Origin: Desulfobacterales bacterium
Lineage (GTDB): Bacteria > Desulfobacterota > Desulfobacteria > Desulfobacterales > UBA2174
Length of the DNA: 64,000 bases
NCBI GenBank assembly: GCA_963668645.2
Contig: CAXXWC010000021.1
Coordinates: 1,312,001 to 1,376,000 of the forward strand
Direction of reading: 5' to 3'
Both the position numbers and the translations under genes were made by a program. Shown in pieces: positions 49,001 to 61,000 of the stretch (positions are counted from its first letter, which is position 1; each line of letters begins with the position of its first letter). The notes under the pieces are model-generated. The model ran no database searches, had not been told where the DNA came from, and saw nothing but the letters and a program-made list of their open reading frames with translations.

Positions 49001-52000
49001 CATGTAGTTGATCGCCGGTGTGGCAGAACCCGCCGCCACCGGCGCGCTCACCATCACCATGGCAAAGTTGACGTCCTCCAGCGCAAATCCGATCCCGCCG
49101 ACCCCGGCAAACGCGCTGTCCACATGACCGCCCACCTGCATGTACTTCACGTCGGCCAGCGTCGTGGTGTCTACCGTGCCCGTGCTCGCATCGGTCAGAA
49201 CAAAGCTGTCGGTCGCCTGCTTGAACGCCAGGCTCCCATCCAACTGCACGAACCCGAACACATCCAGCGTCAGTTCCGTCATCACCGCCAGCAGCACGCC
49301 CTCGTCACCATCGATGATGAGGGTCACCGGCGCGCTCGACGGGCCGGTCGATATCTCTCGTCCACTGGCTGCATTGTCGTTGGGGTTGCTGTCGGTATCT
49401 TTAAAATCCAGCACCTTGTTCGGCGCCGTGGTCGTGTCGCTGGTCTTGTTCACCTGCACCGAAAGCGAGCTGATCTCGGCCGCCAACCCTTCGATGCCCG
49501 TCAAACCCGCACTGCCCACATCCGCTTGCAGCGCCATGTAGTTGATCGCCGGTGTGGCAGAACCCGCCGCCACCGGCGTGCTCACCATCACCATGGCAAA
49601 GTTGACGTCCTCCAGCGCAAATCCGATCCCGCCGACCCCGGCAAACGCGCTGTCCACATGACCGCCGACCTGCATGTACTTCACGTTGGCCAGCGTCGTG
49701 GTGTCTACCGCACCCGTGCTCGCATCGATCAGAACAAAGCTGTCGGTCGCCTGCTTGAACGCCAGGCTCCCATCCAACTGCACAAACCCGAACACATCCA
49801 GCGTCAGTTCCGTCATCACCGCCAGCAGCACGCCCTCGTCACCATCGATGATGAGGGTCACCGGATCGCTCGACGGACCCGTCGATATCTCTCGTCCACT
49901 GGCTGCACTGTCGTTGGGATTGCTCTCGGTATCTTTAAAATCCAGCACCTTGTTCGGCGCCGTGGTCGTGTCGCTGGTCTTGTTCACCTGCACCGAAAGC
50001 GAGCTGATCTGCGCCGCCAACCCTTCGATGCCCGTCAAACCCGCACTGCCCACATCCGCTTGCAGCGCCATGTAGTTGATCGCAGGTGTGGCCGAACCCG
50101 CCGCAACCGGCGTGCTCACCATCACCATGGCAAAGTTGACGTCCTCCAGCGCAAATCCGATCCCGCCGACCCCGGCAAACGCGCTGTCCACATGACCGCC
50201 CACCTGCATGTACTTCACGTTGGCCAGCGTCGTGGTGTCTACCGCGCCCGTGCTCGCATCGGTCAGAACAAAGCTGTCGGTCGCCTGCTTGAACGCCAGG
50301 CTCCCATCCAACTGCACGAACCCGAACACATCCAGCGTCAGTTCCGTCATCACCGCCAGCAGCACGCCCTCGTCACCATCGATGACCAGGGTCACCGGCG
50401 CGCTCGACGGACCCGTGGAGATCTCGCGGCCACTGGCTGCGCCGTCGTTCGGGTTGCTGTCGGTATCTTTAAAATCCAGCACCTTGTTCGGCGCCGTGGT
50501 CGTGTCGCTGGTCTTGTTCACCTGCACCGAAAGCGAGCTGATCTCGGCCGCCAACCCTTCGATGCCCGTCAACCCCGCACTGCCCACATCCGCTTGCAGC
50601 GCCATGTAGTTGATCGCCGGTGTGGCAGAACCCGCCGCAACCGGCGTGCTCACCATCACCATGGCAAAGTTGACGTCCTCCAGCGCAAATCCGATCCCGC
50701 CGACCCCGGCAAACGCGCTGTCCACATGACCGCCCACCTGCATGTACTTCACGTTGGCCAGCGTCGTGGTGTCTACCGCGCCCGTGCTCGCATCGGTCAG
50801 AACAAAGCTGTCGGTCGCCTGCTTGAACGCCAGGCTCCCATCCAACTGCACGAACCCGAACACATCCAGCGTCAGTTCCGTCATCACCGCCAGCAGCACG
50901 CCCTCGTCACCATCGATGACCAGGGTCACCGGCGCGCTCGACGGGCCGGTCGATATCTCGCGCCCCGTTGCTGCGCCGTCGTTCGGGTTGCTGTCGGTAT
51001 CTTTAAAATCCAGCACCTTGTTCGGCGCCGTGGTCGTGTCGCTGGTCTTGTTCACCTGCACCGAAAGCGAGCTGATCTCGGCCGCCAACCCTTCGATGCC
51101 CGTCAAACCCGCACTGCCCACATCCGCCTGCAGCGCCATGTAGTTGATCGCCGGTGTGGCAGAACCCGCCGCAACCGGCGTGCTCACCATCACCATGGCG
51201 AAGTTGACGTCCTCCAGCGCAAATCCGATCCCGCCGACCCCGGCAAACGCGCTGTCCACCTGGCCGCCAACCTCCAGATAGTTCACGTTCGCCAGCGTCG
51301 TGGTATCGCTTACGCCCGTTGCCGCATCCGTCAGCACAAAACTGTCGGTCGCCTTCTTGAACGACAGGCTCCCATCCAGCTGCACAAACCCGAACACATC
51401 CAGCGTCAGGTTCGTCTGCACCGCCAGCAACTGACCCTCGGCGCCTTCAATATCCAGCACCACCGGCACCGCAGGCTCGGGACCCGTCGACACCTCGCGG
51501 CTGTTCGTGCCGCCGAACTCCAGCACCTTATTACTGTTGACCGTGTCGCTGGTCTTGTTGACCACCACGCTCAACGTGTCGATCTGCGCCGTCAACCCTT
51601 CGATGCCCACCAGACCCGCCGTGGCTACATCCGCCTTCAGGGCCATGTAGTTGACATCGTCCGTCGTCACCAACGGCGTGCCCTTCGTGTCGCTGACCAT
51701 CACCATCCCGAACCGCACGCCCGTCAGCTCAAACCCGATCCCCCCAACCCCGGCAAACGCGCTGTCCACCTGGCCGCCAACCTCCAGATAGTTCACGTTC
51801 GCCAGCGTCGTCGTATCGCTTACGCCCGTTGCCGCATCCGTCAGCACAAAACTGTCGGTCGCCTTTTTGAACGACAGGCTCCCGTCCAGCTGCACAAACC
51901 CGAACACATCCAGGACCAGTGCCCCTTCGGCCTCTAAGGTCTCATCTGAAAAATCTAGGACAAGTGTATTGACTTCAAGGGGGGCAAGAGAAAAGTCTAT

Positions 52001-55000
52001 TGAAGTGGTATTGGCGACACCATTGTTCGTGCCGCCACCTTTGTTGATATCCACCGATAGGCTGTTTACCGAAACAGTCAATCCTTCGATACCAACAAAG
52101 GAAGCGTCACCAACCTGCGCTTTGACTGCCGTCCAAGTGCGGAGGTCCGTTGCCGTCTGCTGAGCCGGTGGGGCACGGGGAGACATTACCGCAAGAGCGA
52201 GCTTAACATCGGTCAATGTCAAGCCAATAACGCCCGGAGTAGTTTCTTCACTCTCGTAGGGACCGTTGATACCGACAAAAGCGCTTTCGATTTGGGCACC
52301 GATCTGTATCAGATCAATATCATTGATGCCGTCGTCAGCAGTCCCAACGACCGAACCATCCGATAGCGTTATGCTATCCAAAGATGTTTTTTTGAAGCTG
52401 AGATCACCTTCGATCCACAAAAAGTCAAACAGAGAAGCGGAAAAACCCACCGCTTTAAATTCCACCGTACCTGCCGAAATGGCCTCTTCAAAAGTGTAGC
52501 TGGTAGATCCAACCGTCAGCACCGTTCCGGCCGCCATTGTCGTGGCCGCATCCGTGTAGCGCACCAGCACCGTGTCGGCCGTCACTTCCGCCAACCCGCT
52601 GATCGAGGCTGCAAACGTTCCGTTCTTCAACTCGAACGCCGTCGATCCTGCGCCCGCCTTCAAGCCGAAGTCCGCATCGGCCAGCGTCACGCTCACCGCG
52701 CCGCCGGCGGACAGCGACGCTGTCACGTCCGAGCCCACCGCGATGATCTCGGTGCCCGACTTTTTGAACCCGAAATCTCCGTTCAGCGATACGAAGTCTG
52801 CAACGTTGGCGGCAAAACCGGTCACTTCCAGCGCTATCGTGGAAGCGGCGATCTCTTCTATAAAGGTGTAGCTCGTGCTGCCGACTGTCAGCGTCGTATC
52901 CGCCGCAACCGTCGTGGTTGCATCCGTGTAACGCACCAGCACCGTGTCGGCTGTCACTTCCGCCAACCCGCCGATCGAGGCCGCAAACGTTCCGTTCTTC
53001 AACTCGAACGCCGTCGATCCTGCGCCCGCCTTCAAACCGAAGTCCGCATCGGCCAGCGTTACACTCACCGCGCCGCCGGCGGACAGCGATGCCGTCACGT
53101 CCGAACCCACCGCGATGATCTCGGCGCCCGACTTCTTAAATCCCAAATCTCCAGACAACGATACGAAGTCCGCAACGTTGGCCGCAAAACCCGTCACTTC
53201 CAACGCTATCGTCGACGGCGCAATCGCTTCTATAAAGGTGTAGCTCGTACTGCCGACCGTCAGCGTCGTATTCGCCGACACTGTCGTGGCCGCATCCGTG
53301 TAACGCACCAGCACCGTGTCGGCATCCACTTCCGCCAACCCGCTGATCGAGGCCGCAAACGTTCCGTTCTTCAACTCGAACGCCGTCGATCCTGCGCCCG
53401 CCTTCAAGCCGAAGTCCGCATCGGCCAGCGTCACACTCACCGCGCCGCCGGCGGACAGCGACGCTGTCACGTCCGAGCCCACCGCGATGATCTCGGTGCC
53501 GGATTTTTTGAACCCGAGATCTCCGGTCAACGATACGAAGTCCGCAACGTTGGCGGCAAAACCGGTCACTTCCAACGCAACCGTGGACGGAGTGATCTCT
53601 TCTATAAAGGTGTAACTCGTGCTGCCGACCGTCAGCGTCGTATCCGCCGCCACCGTCGTGGCCGCATCCGTGTAGCGCACCAGCACTGTGTCGGCATCCA
53701 CTTCCGCCAACCCGCTGATCGAGGCCGTAAACGTGCCGTTCTTCAACTCGAACGCCGTCGATCCTGCGCCCGCCTTCAAACCGAAGTCCGCATCGGCCAG
53801 CGTTACGCTCACCGCACCGCCGGCGGACAGCGATGCCGTCACATCCGAACCCACCGCGATGATCTCGGTGCCCGACTTTTTGAACCCGAGATCTCCGCTC
53901 AGCGATACGAAGTCCGCAACGTTGGCCTCAAAACCCGTCACTTCCAACGCTATCGTCGAAGCTGCGATCCCTTCTATAAAGGTGTAGCTCGTGCTGCCGA
54001 CAGTCAGCACCGTTCCGGCCGCCACCGTCGTGGCCGCATCCGTGTAGCGCACCAGCACCGTGTCGGCCGTCACTTCAGCCAACCCGCTGATCGAGGCCGC
54101 AAACGTTCCGTTCTTCAACTCGAACGCCGTCGATCCTGCGCCCGCCCTCAAGCCGAAGTCCGCATCGGCCAGCGTCACGCTCACCGCGCCGCCGGCGGAC
54201 AGCGACGCTGTCACGTCCGAGCCCACCGCGATGATCTCGGTGCCCGACTTTTTGAACCCAAGATCTCCGGTCAGCGATACGAAGTCCGCAACGTTGGCCT
54301 CAAAACCCGTCACTTCCAACGCTATCGTCGAAGCTGCGATCCCTTCTATAAAGGTGTAGCTCGTCGATCCGACGGTCAGCGTTGTATCCGCTGCTACCGT
54401 CGTGGCCGCATCCGTGTAGCGCACCAGCACCGTGTCGGCCGTCACTTCTGCCAACCCGCTGATCGAGGCCGCAAACGATCCGTTCTTCAACTCGAACGCC
54501 GTCGATCCCGCGCCCGCCTTCAAACCGAAGTCCGCATCGGCCAGCGTTACACTCACCGCGCCGCCGGCGGACAGCGATGCCGTCACGTCCGAACCCACCG
54601 CGATGATCTCGGCGCCCGACTTCTTAAATCCCAAATCTCCAGACAACGATACGAAGTCCGCAACGTTGGCCGCAAAACCCGTCACTTCCAACGCTATCGT
54701 CGACGGCGCAATCGCTTCTATAAAGGTGTAGCTCGTACTGCCGACCGTCAGCGTCGTATTCGCCGACACTGTCGTGGCCGCATCCGTGTAACGCACCAGC
54801 ACCGTGTCGGCCGTCACTTCTGCCAACCCGCTGATCGATGCCGTGAACGTGCCGTTCTTCAACTCGAACGCCGTCGATCCAGCTCTGGCTTGCAAACCGA
54901 AGTCCGCATCGGCCAGCGTCACACTCACCGCCCCGCCGGCTGAAAGCGATGCTGTCACATCCGAGCCCACCGCGATGATCTCGGTGCCCGACTTTTTGAA

Positions 55001-58000
55001 TCCCAAATCTCCTGACAACGACACAAAGTCCGCAACGTTGGCGGCAAAACCCGTCACTTCCAACGCAACCGTGGACGGAGTGATCTCTTCTATAAAGGTG
55101 TAACTCGTCCTGCCGACCGTCAGCGTCGTATCCGCCGCCACCGTCGTGGCCGCATCCGTGTAACGCACCAGCACCGTGTCGGCCGTCACTTCCGCCAATC
55201 CGCCGATCGAGGCCGTGAACGTGCCGTTCTTCAACTCGAACGCCGTCGATCCCGCGCCCGCCTTCAAGCCGAAGTCCGCATCGGCCAGTGTTACACTCAC
55301 CGCGCCACCAGCGGACAGCGATGCCGTCACGTCAGAACCCACCGCGATGATCTCGGTGCCGGACTTCTTGAATCCCAAATCTCCTGACAACGACACAAAG
55401 TCCGCAACGTTGGCGGCAAAACCCGTCACTTCCAACGCAACCGTGGACGGAGTGATCTCTTCTATAAAGGTGTAACTCGTGCTGCCGACTGTCAGCGTCG
55501 TATCCGCCGACACTGTCGTGGCCGCATCCGTGTAGCGCACCAGCACCGTGTCGGCTGTCACTTCCGCCAACCCGCCGATCGATGCCGTAAACGTTCCGTT
55601 CTTCAACTCGAAAGCTGTCGATCCTGCGCCCGCCTTCAAACCGAAGTCCGCATCGGCCAGCGTTACACTCACCGCGCCACCAGCGGACAGCGATGCCGTC
55701 ACGTCAGAACCCACCGCGATGATCTCGGTGCCCGACTTTTTGAATCCCAAATCTCCTGACAACGACACAAAGTCCGCAACGTTAGCGGCAAAACCCGTCA
55801 CTTCCAACGCAACCGTGGACGGAGTGATCTCTTCTATAAAGGTGTAACTCGTGCTGCCGACCGTCAGCGTCGTATCCGCCGCCACTGTCGTGGCCGCATC
55901 CGTGTAACGCACCAGCACCGTGTCGGCCGTCACTTCTGCCAACCCGCTGATCGAGGCCGCAAACGTTCCGTTCTTCAACTCGAAAGCTGTCGATCCTGCG
56001 CCCGCCTTCAAACCGAAGTCCGCATCGGCCAGCGTTACACTCACCGCGCCACCAGCGGACAGCGATGCCGTCACGTCCGAACCCATTGCGATGATCTCGG
56101 TACCCGACTTCTTGAACCCAAGATCTCCGGACAATGACACAAAGTCCGCAACGTTGGCGGCAAAACCGGTCACTTCCAACGCCACCGTCGATGGAGCGAT
56201 ATCTTCTATAAAGGTGTAACTCGTGCTGCCGACTGTCAGCGTCGTATCCGCCGACACTGTCGTGGCAGCATCCGTGTAACGCACCAGCACCGTGTCGGCC
56301 GTCACTTCCGCCAACCCGCCGATCGAGGCCGTGAACGTGCCGTTCTTCAACTCGAACGCCGTCGATCCTGCGCCCGCCTTCAAACCGAAGTCCGCATCAG
56401 CCAGTGTTACACTCACCGCGCCACCAGCGGACAGCGATGCCGTCACGTCCGAACCCACCGCGATGATCTCGGTGCCCGACTTTTTGAACCCGAGATCTCC
56501 AGACAGCGACACGAAGTCTGCAATGTTGGCGGCAAAACCGGTCACTTCAAAGGCTACCGTCGAAGGAGCGATGTCATCTATAAAGGTATAGCTGACAGCG
56601 CCTACCGTTATCTTTTTCCCGGCATTGATGGTGACGGTTTCACTCGTGTAGCGGATCACAACGCTCGTGGCTGTAACGCTGGCAAGTCCTTCAATCAAGG
56701 CCGAAAAAGCACCGTTCTTCAGTTCGAAGGCAGTGGCGCCGATACCCGCTGTCAAACCAAAATCGGCATCGGCCAACGTCACCAGGACCGACGATCCGGC
56801 AGCCAAGGTTGCCGTCACGTCAAATCCTGCCGCGATGATCTCATCGTCCACTTTCGCGAATCCGAGATCACCGGTCATTGTCACGAAATTGGCGACCTCG
56901 GCTGAAAACCCCGTTACGGCAAAGGCCATTGTATCGGCCGCGATTTGCTCTTTAAAAATGTAGCCATTCGACCCCACCGTCAGGCTCGTATCGGCTGTCA
57001 CGGTCGTGGCGGAATTCGTGTACCGCACCAGAACAGAATCTGCCTCAATTGAGGATAGTCCATCAATGCTCGCCGAAAATACCCCGTTCTCAAGTTCGAA
57101 AGCGGTGGTCCCGGTTCCGGCAATCAATCCAAAGTCGGCATCCGAAAGGCTCACGTGCACCGCTTCGCCAAGCGACAGTGCAGCACTGATCGAACCGCCC
57201 ACGGCGATGAGTTCATCGCCGCTCTTGAAAAACGCCAACGTTCCGGAAAGACTTACAAATCCGGAAACATCGATATTCACCGTCCCCTCGGCCTCCAACA
57301 ATTCACCGGCGGTACCGTCCAGATCAACGATGAGGCTGGTACCCGGGCCTGTAATCACAGTTAGGTTCCGCGAAGCGAAATCGACAACCGAACCGCCGTC
57401 ACCCGCGCTGTTGATCCGCACCGCCACAAAAGTTGTTTCCAATGCCAGGGTATCGATTCCGGTCAGTGCCGCCCGGTAGGCCGAAACCTCCAGCGCCGTC
57501 CAATTGCGCGCGGGATCGATCCTACTGGTCAAAAAGATCAAACCGAATTCTAGCTCATCAAGAACCAGTCCGACTTCATCGGTAGTACCGCCGTTAACTC
57601 CGGCAAAGGCATTCAAACCACCGCCGCCCACCGCGAGCATGTCGGTCAGGACTTCTGTCCCATCGGCCAGCAGGACAGTTTCGCTCGATTTTTCAAAGGC
57701 CACCCCTCCTTCGACCATGAAAAATCCGAACAGATCGATATTCATGTGACCGGAAGCGCGGATCAAATCACCCTCGGATCCATCCATGTCCAGTGTCATC
57801 ATGGAATCCGGACCGGTCTTGATTTCCAGGTTCTGTACGCCGAAATCCACCACCAGGTTCGGATCCGCGTCGGGTACAATGTTTGGCCTGGAGATCGATT
57901 CTCCGACAGTCAACAACGTCAGACCAGCCGAGGCGACATCTGGAGAAGCGACTACTTCAAGCAAGTCGAGATCCGTACCGCCCAACGTGCCGGCAAGCCG

Positions 58001-61000
58001 TACCTCCCAAACCCCGGAGGAGATCAGCGACACACTGACCTGTGCACCGAGCAAATCGGCCAGAGCTGCTGTGAGGGCCGATTGGACCTCGGCGGCAGAG
58101 GCCTGAAAATCGATGGCTTCCGTGGTATAGGTCGTCCCGTCGAAAATCAGACTTAAGACGAAGGTGCCACCGGTTTCAGCTTCCAGCCGCACTTGCTGCA
58201 CTTCGTCCACCGCCGCGCTGGTGAACGTGGTGGTTTCGATCCGCGTCAGGCCCCGCTCGACAACCCGTAAGCCACCACTGGCGGACGCCACCGTGGTCGT
58301 CACCGTCATCCGGGCCAGATCCTTTCCAGCCAGGGCACCGCCAAACACCACATGCCAAATCTCGGCGGCCGGACTGCTCACCGTCACCAGGGCGCCCGCG
58401 ATCGGCGACAGGGCCGAATTGAGTGCATCCCGAACTTCATTGGCGGTCGACTCGAAATCCAGTTCCCCCGTGGTATACGTCGTTCCTTCATAAGCCAGCG
58501 ACAGGGCAAAGGTGCCTGTGGCGAGTGATTGGATCCGCACCTCTTGTTCTGCGGGAATATTCTCGGTTATCGGCGTCGTCACCTTGGACTGACCATCGGC
58601 CAATGTATCCGCCGCCACGGTCACATTGTTCATGTAGGCCACTGTTATCTGCGGCAGATCCTGGTAGGCGAGCTTTCCGATGAAATAAATGAAATAGCGG
58701 GGAGCAGCGGAAGTGGAGCCCTGATCGAATTCCACCTTCACATTGCCTTTGCCGATCGTGGTAAGACTTTCCAAGCCAGACTGGAGGATAGCGCGATTGT
58801 AGGTCGGACTGTTGACCGAAAAATCAAGCAACCCGGTGTCAAGGCCGTTAAAGCTAAGTTGATAGCGCGTGTTGGTGCTGCGAAAGCCATCCGAGAAAGA
58901 AATCACTTGCTTCTCGTAGACATAGGCGCCACTAGTGGTTGTGCTCGTCACCACCTGTGCACCGCGCACCACCGTCGATACCGAAGCCTCGACGCCCGGG
59001 CTGACCACTGATAAGGCCAAGTCGCTATAATCTTCACCAGCCAGCGTATTGATGAACTCGATGACAAAACCGGCGTTGCGATCCCCGTTCACGGTCACAT
59101 TACCAGCGCCGACCGCAGCGAACCCCTCGATGGCGATGGTCAGCGAATCGGCCAGAGCCGCATCACTCGTGCCGGAGCTCACCTCTACACTGCGTGTCTC
59201 TCCTCGCAGCGTGAACTTCAAGGTTCCGATCTGGATGTCGGTCTCCAGCAACAACTCGGTGTTGATCACCACCGGTGTGAGCACCGTCTCATCTTGGGCC
59301 GCAACCCCCGTCACTTCCTCGGTCACTGCCGCAGCCGCTTCAGGGCTTTGCGCACGGACCCGAAGACCGCTCAGGTCCTGCCCGAGAAGCGCATTGCTGA
59401 AAATGATGGTAAAGCCAGCGGCGCGCGTGCCTGCAACGTGGACGTTACCGGCGCCCACCCCGGCCAGACTCTCCAGTGCCTCGGTGAGTTTGGCGATCAA
59501 CGTCGTGCTCGTATCGGCCGCCGCCACGAAGACTTCAGACGATTGGCCATCAAGCTCGAAAACCAAGGTCCCGGCCGTCATGTCAGTTTCAAGCTTGAGT
59601 TGGGTCGCCGTCAACTCAGGTGCTTGAGCAACCGGCGCTCCGGCCGTGCCGACGTTCCGGTTGATTTCGATTGTCAGGGTGTCGGCTTGCACCGCCAGAC
59701 CGTTCACCCCAATGAAGGCCACCGATCCGACTTCGCTTTTCAACGCCATCCACTTGCGCGCCGGATTGGTCGAGTCAGTCATCAACGCCAGGACGAAATC
59801 GGCTTGTGCCAGATCAAATCCCAGCGCCTCGGAACTGCCGCCGTTCAAACCGGCAAAGGCCGAAACCGAATCTGCACCGATGGTGATCAGGTCCACCTGG
59901 ACTGGACTTCCATCCGAGAGTCTTACGGTAGTGCTGGAGCTGACGAAGGCAAAACTGCCCGTCGCCTGGAAGAAATTGGATAGCTCGATCGTCACCGTAC
60001 CGGATACCTGAATCAGTTTTCCGTCGGTACCGTCCATACTCAAGGCGACACTCTGACCGGGGCCTGTCAGCACATTCAGCGGCTGGGCGGCAAAATCGAC
60101 TACCAAACCATCCGCCGAGGCCAGATTGATCTGAACCCCGAAAGTGTCCACCGCCAGGGTCAACTCCGGCACCCCCACCACGGCGGCCTGGCCCACCGAT
60201 CCTTGCAGGGCCACCCAATTGCGCAACATCCCGGTCTGTTCAGCGATCAGGGCCAGCGCAAAATCCACATCGGATAGCTGCAATCCGACCGCATAATCCG
60301 TTCCCGCGTTGTAGCCCGCAAAAGCCGAAAGATCACTGCCGCCAACGGTCAACAGATCCACGGCGACGGTACTCGCATCCGCCAACGTCAAGCTGTCGCT
60401 ATCATGCCGGATAGCGAAATTGCCGGAGCCTGTCACGAACCCGCCCACGGCCACCGAAGCGTTGCCGACCGCAACCTCGAGCAGGGTTGATGAAGCCGCT
60501 ATATTAATAAAGGTATAATCGGCGTTGCCGGCACTGATTGCACTTCCCGTGTAGGCGACACCGGTTTCGTTCATGCGGACCGACACTGTGTCGGCGCTCA
60601 GCCCCACCGTATCACCCAGCTGCGCAAAAAGGCCTCCGCTGGCCTCGAACACCCGCCCGCTATCGGTTACGACCAGACCGAGAGAAGCATCTTCCACACC
60701 AACCGCAAAATCGCCGGCCCCCAAATAGGCCCGCGCATTTTGGGCGACCACATTCATCGTGGTTCCGTCGACCTGGAAACCGAAATCTCCTGCGATCTGC
60801 AGACCGCCGCCCAGATTCGCTTCAAGACCGGTAACCGAAACACTGCTCAAGGTTGTCGAAGCCGGCAGGCTGACAAAGGTGTACCGTACATCCCCCACCT
60901 CAACCGCCTGGCCGGTGTACTCGATGCCCGTGTTGTTATACCGGACCAATACCTCGCTGGCGGATACCGAGACAAATCCACCGCCAACAATGGAAAGCGC

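Noticed and set aside
38312..51937. 4541-aa plus-strand ORF rich in Arg/His (HHHH runs)
   Set aside because: It is the exact antisense frame of the giant gene. One stop-free 534-bp unit repeated 25 times explains its length, and the composition is not protein-like.
38037..56583. CRISPR array or diversity-generating retroelement template/variable repeats
   Set aside because: The units are 372-534 bp, contiguous, in frame and lack unique spacers. Differences are not adenine-specific, and no cas or reverse transcriptase gene is present.
38460..56591. Apparent tandem arrays of 133-aa and 99-aa plus-strand small genes
   Set aside because: These are alternate-frame antisense shadows of the intragenic repeats, Ser/Pro/Thr-rich and with no evident RBS or intergenic structure.
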